Shown: positions 62,641 through 64,000 of the stretch, one piece after another
Layout of the letters: every line of letters starts with the position of its first letter
Numbering within the stretch: position 1 is the stretch's first letter
Assembly (NCBI GenBank): GCA_964658305.1
Contig: OZ210885.1
Span: 4,402,001-4,466,000, forward strand
DNA: 64,000 nucleotides
DNA from: Leptogorgia sarmentosa
Taxonomy: Eukaryota
Direction of reading: 5' to 3'
The notes under the pieces: model-generated
The model's input: the letters and a program-made list of their open reading frames with translations, nothing else
Database searches by the model: none
What the model was told of the DNA's origin: nothing
Made by a program: the position numbers and the translations under genes

Positions 62641-63884
62641 TATATAACTGCATTTGCTCATTTTCACTCTGTTTTTAGATTTGAAATCATCTTTAAGAAA
62701 GTTGAAGAGATATGTTTTATCCTTGGAAAAACATGAAATTAGATTCAGATCTAATTCACCAGCTCCTACATCATCCAATAACATAAGTAATTATGATCTG
62801 TTATCTGTATACTGTCTTACAATAGGAAAAGATCTAAATTAATATTTTTACTATATTCTATAATAATTATAATATCGTTTATTTAATTATTCGCTGACTT
62901 TTACTAAGGAATTTTATTCCGTTGCATGTCACTTGAAGTGTTTTTGTGGTAAAGAAGGTAGCTTCTACCCTTAAAGCCTCATAAAAATGAATTAATTGAA
63001 TGAGCATTTAGACTTAGAATATATGTTTTTCATGCTAATTATTTTTAGCAGAGGCAAAGTCAGTTAAACAATGAAGAGGAATGTGAAGAAAATGGATGTA
63101 TGCACAAAAGAGAAAACATTTTGTTGAAAGAAAAAATTAAATTATTTGAAAACGAAAATAAAAGTCTCAACGACGAAATAGATCATGGGAATGGTAACGT
63201 ATAGATGAGTAATTTATAATGATGTATAGTTTTGGTAGCTTTGCTTGTGTGTTTTCAATGTAGCTATGAGTGGCAACATTGCATTGCAACAGCCAAACGG
63301 TCACTTCTCCAGCCAGACACGGTGGATATGTTCGTTTTCTTGATCAAAAACTTGTGAACTTTTAAAACATTTTATTGTAAGCCCAAGGGACCTCTAATGT
63401 TTCGAATTAATCATAGCATATGCGTTCATATCGTGTTATCCATTATACAATTATTCAAATTTACGTTTAAACTTGTTCGTTGTTTTCATTCTTTTGAACG
63501 TTTCATAATTTTGACAAAGACTTCCAACTATATAGCAGTTATTGTAAAATATAGCGTACAGCACCTTAGCACAGTTGCGTTTCATCATGACAACCATTCA
63601 ATAAGAAATCTCGTTTTTAATGGAAAACTTCAGTGTGTCCGATCTTCAGAAAACGGTTTATTTTACTCAAAACCGCCAAAGCGTAGCTGTGATAGATAGT
63701 ACGGCACAGAACTGTGTTGGAAATCCAAACAGCTTGCTATATGTATATAACTGCATTTGCTCATTTTCACTCTGTTTTTAGATTTGAAATCATCTTTAAG
63801 AAAGTTGAAGAGATATGTTTTATCCTTGGAAAAACATGAAATTAGATTCAGATCTAATTCACTAGCTCCTTACATCATCCAATA
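62641..63884 (+). repeat. Dispersed 140-bp direct repeat (62641-62780 and 63744-63884)
   Basis: Near-identical TATATAACTGCATTTGCTC...CATCATCCAATA. Confidence 0.9.
63270..63357 (+). pseudogene. Extreme C-terminus of a hAT (ZBED1-like) transposase
   Basis: IATAKRSLLQPDTVDMFVFLIKNL*. Confidence 0.5.
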
Positions 63885-64000
63885 CCTCAAAGTCATCTAA
63901 AGTGTCGGCCGAAGAAAGAAATGCACCTATTGCATCAAGAAAATCTGCCTTTGTGCCAGTGCATGAGAATACAGAGGCTGTGCTACAAAATAATTTCTGA

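Overview
This is AT-rich eukaryotic DNA with spliceosomal introns. The transposon repertoire suggests a marine invertebrate, probably a cnidarian, but that assignment is an inference. I see no intact host gene, rRNA, tRNA or CRISPR array. The window is a dense, nested transposon graveyard. From left to right it holds: the 3' end of an Academ-type element; an intron-rich Kolobok transposase; three copies of a Helentron-associated (HINE-like) non-autonomous family; a degraded Polinton/adintovirus protein-primed PolB region; a P-element fragment; a hAT nested in a hAT; and a second Kolobok plus LINE pieces. A Gypsy LTR is split by a Tigger/pogo element, which is split in turn by an ISL2EU (PIF/Harbinger-like) element with 747-bp TIRs and also carries a mariner derivative. 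Further right are a Galileo-like foldback inside a palindromic MITE, a solo LTR, and a full-architecture DIRS1 retrotransposon carrying a MULE-like insertion and a hAT. The end of the window has MULE-like transposases (one with a vertnin-like OTU domain), MITEs, and Gypsy/Ngaro/LINE fragments. The four most unusual observations are: (1) a Tigger element carrying a head-to-head, apparently open HIRAN-like ORF; (2) an ISL2EU whose TIRs encode the first 12 codons of both convergent genes; (3) two different palindromic MITEs at the same nucleotide of two HINE copies; (4) apparent spliceosomal introns in a Polinton PolB. All family and domain assignments come from motif recognition by eye, not from database searches.
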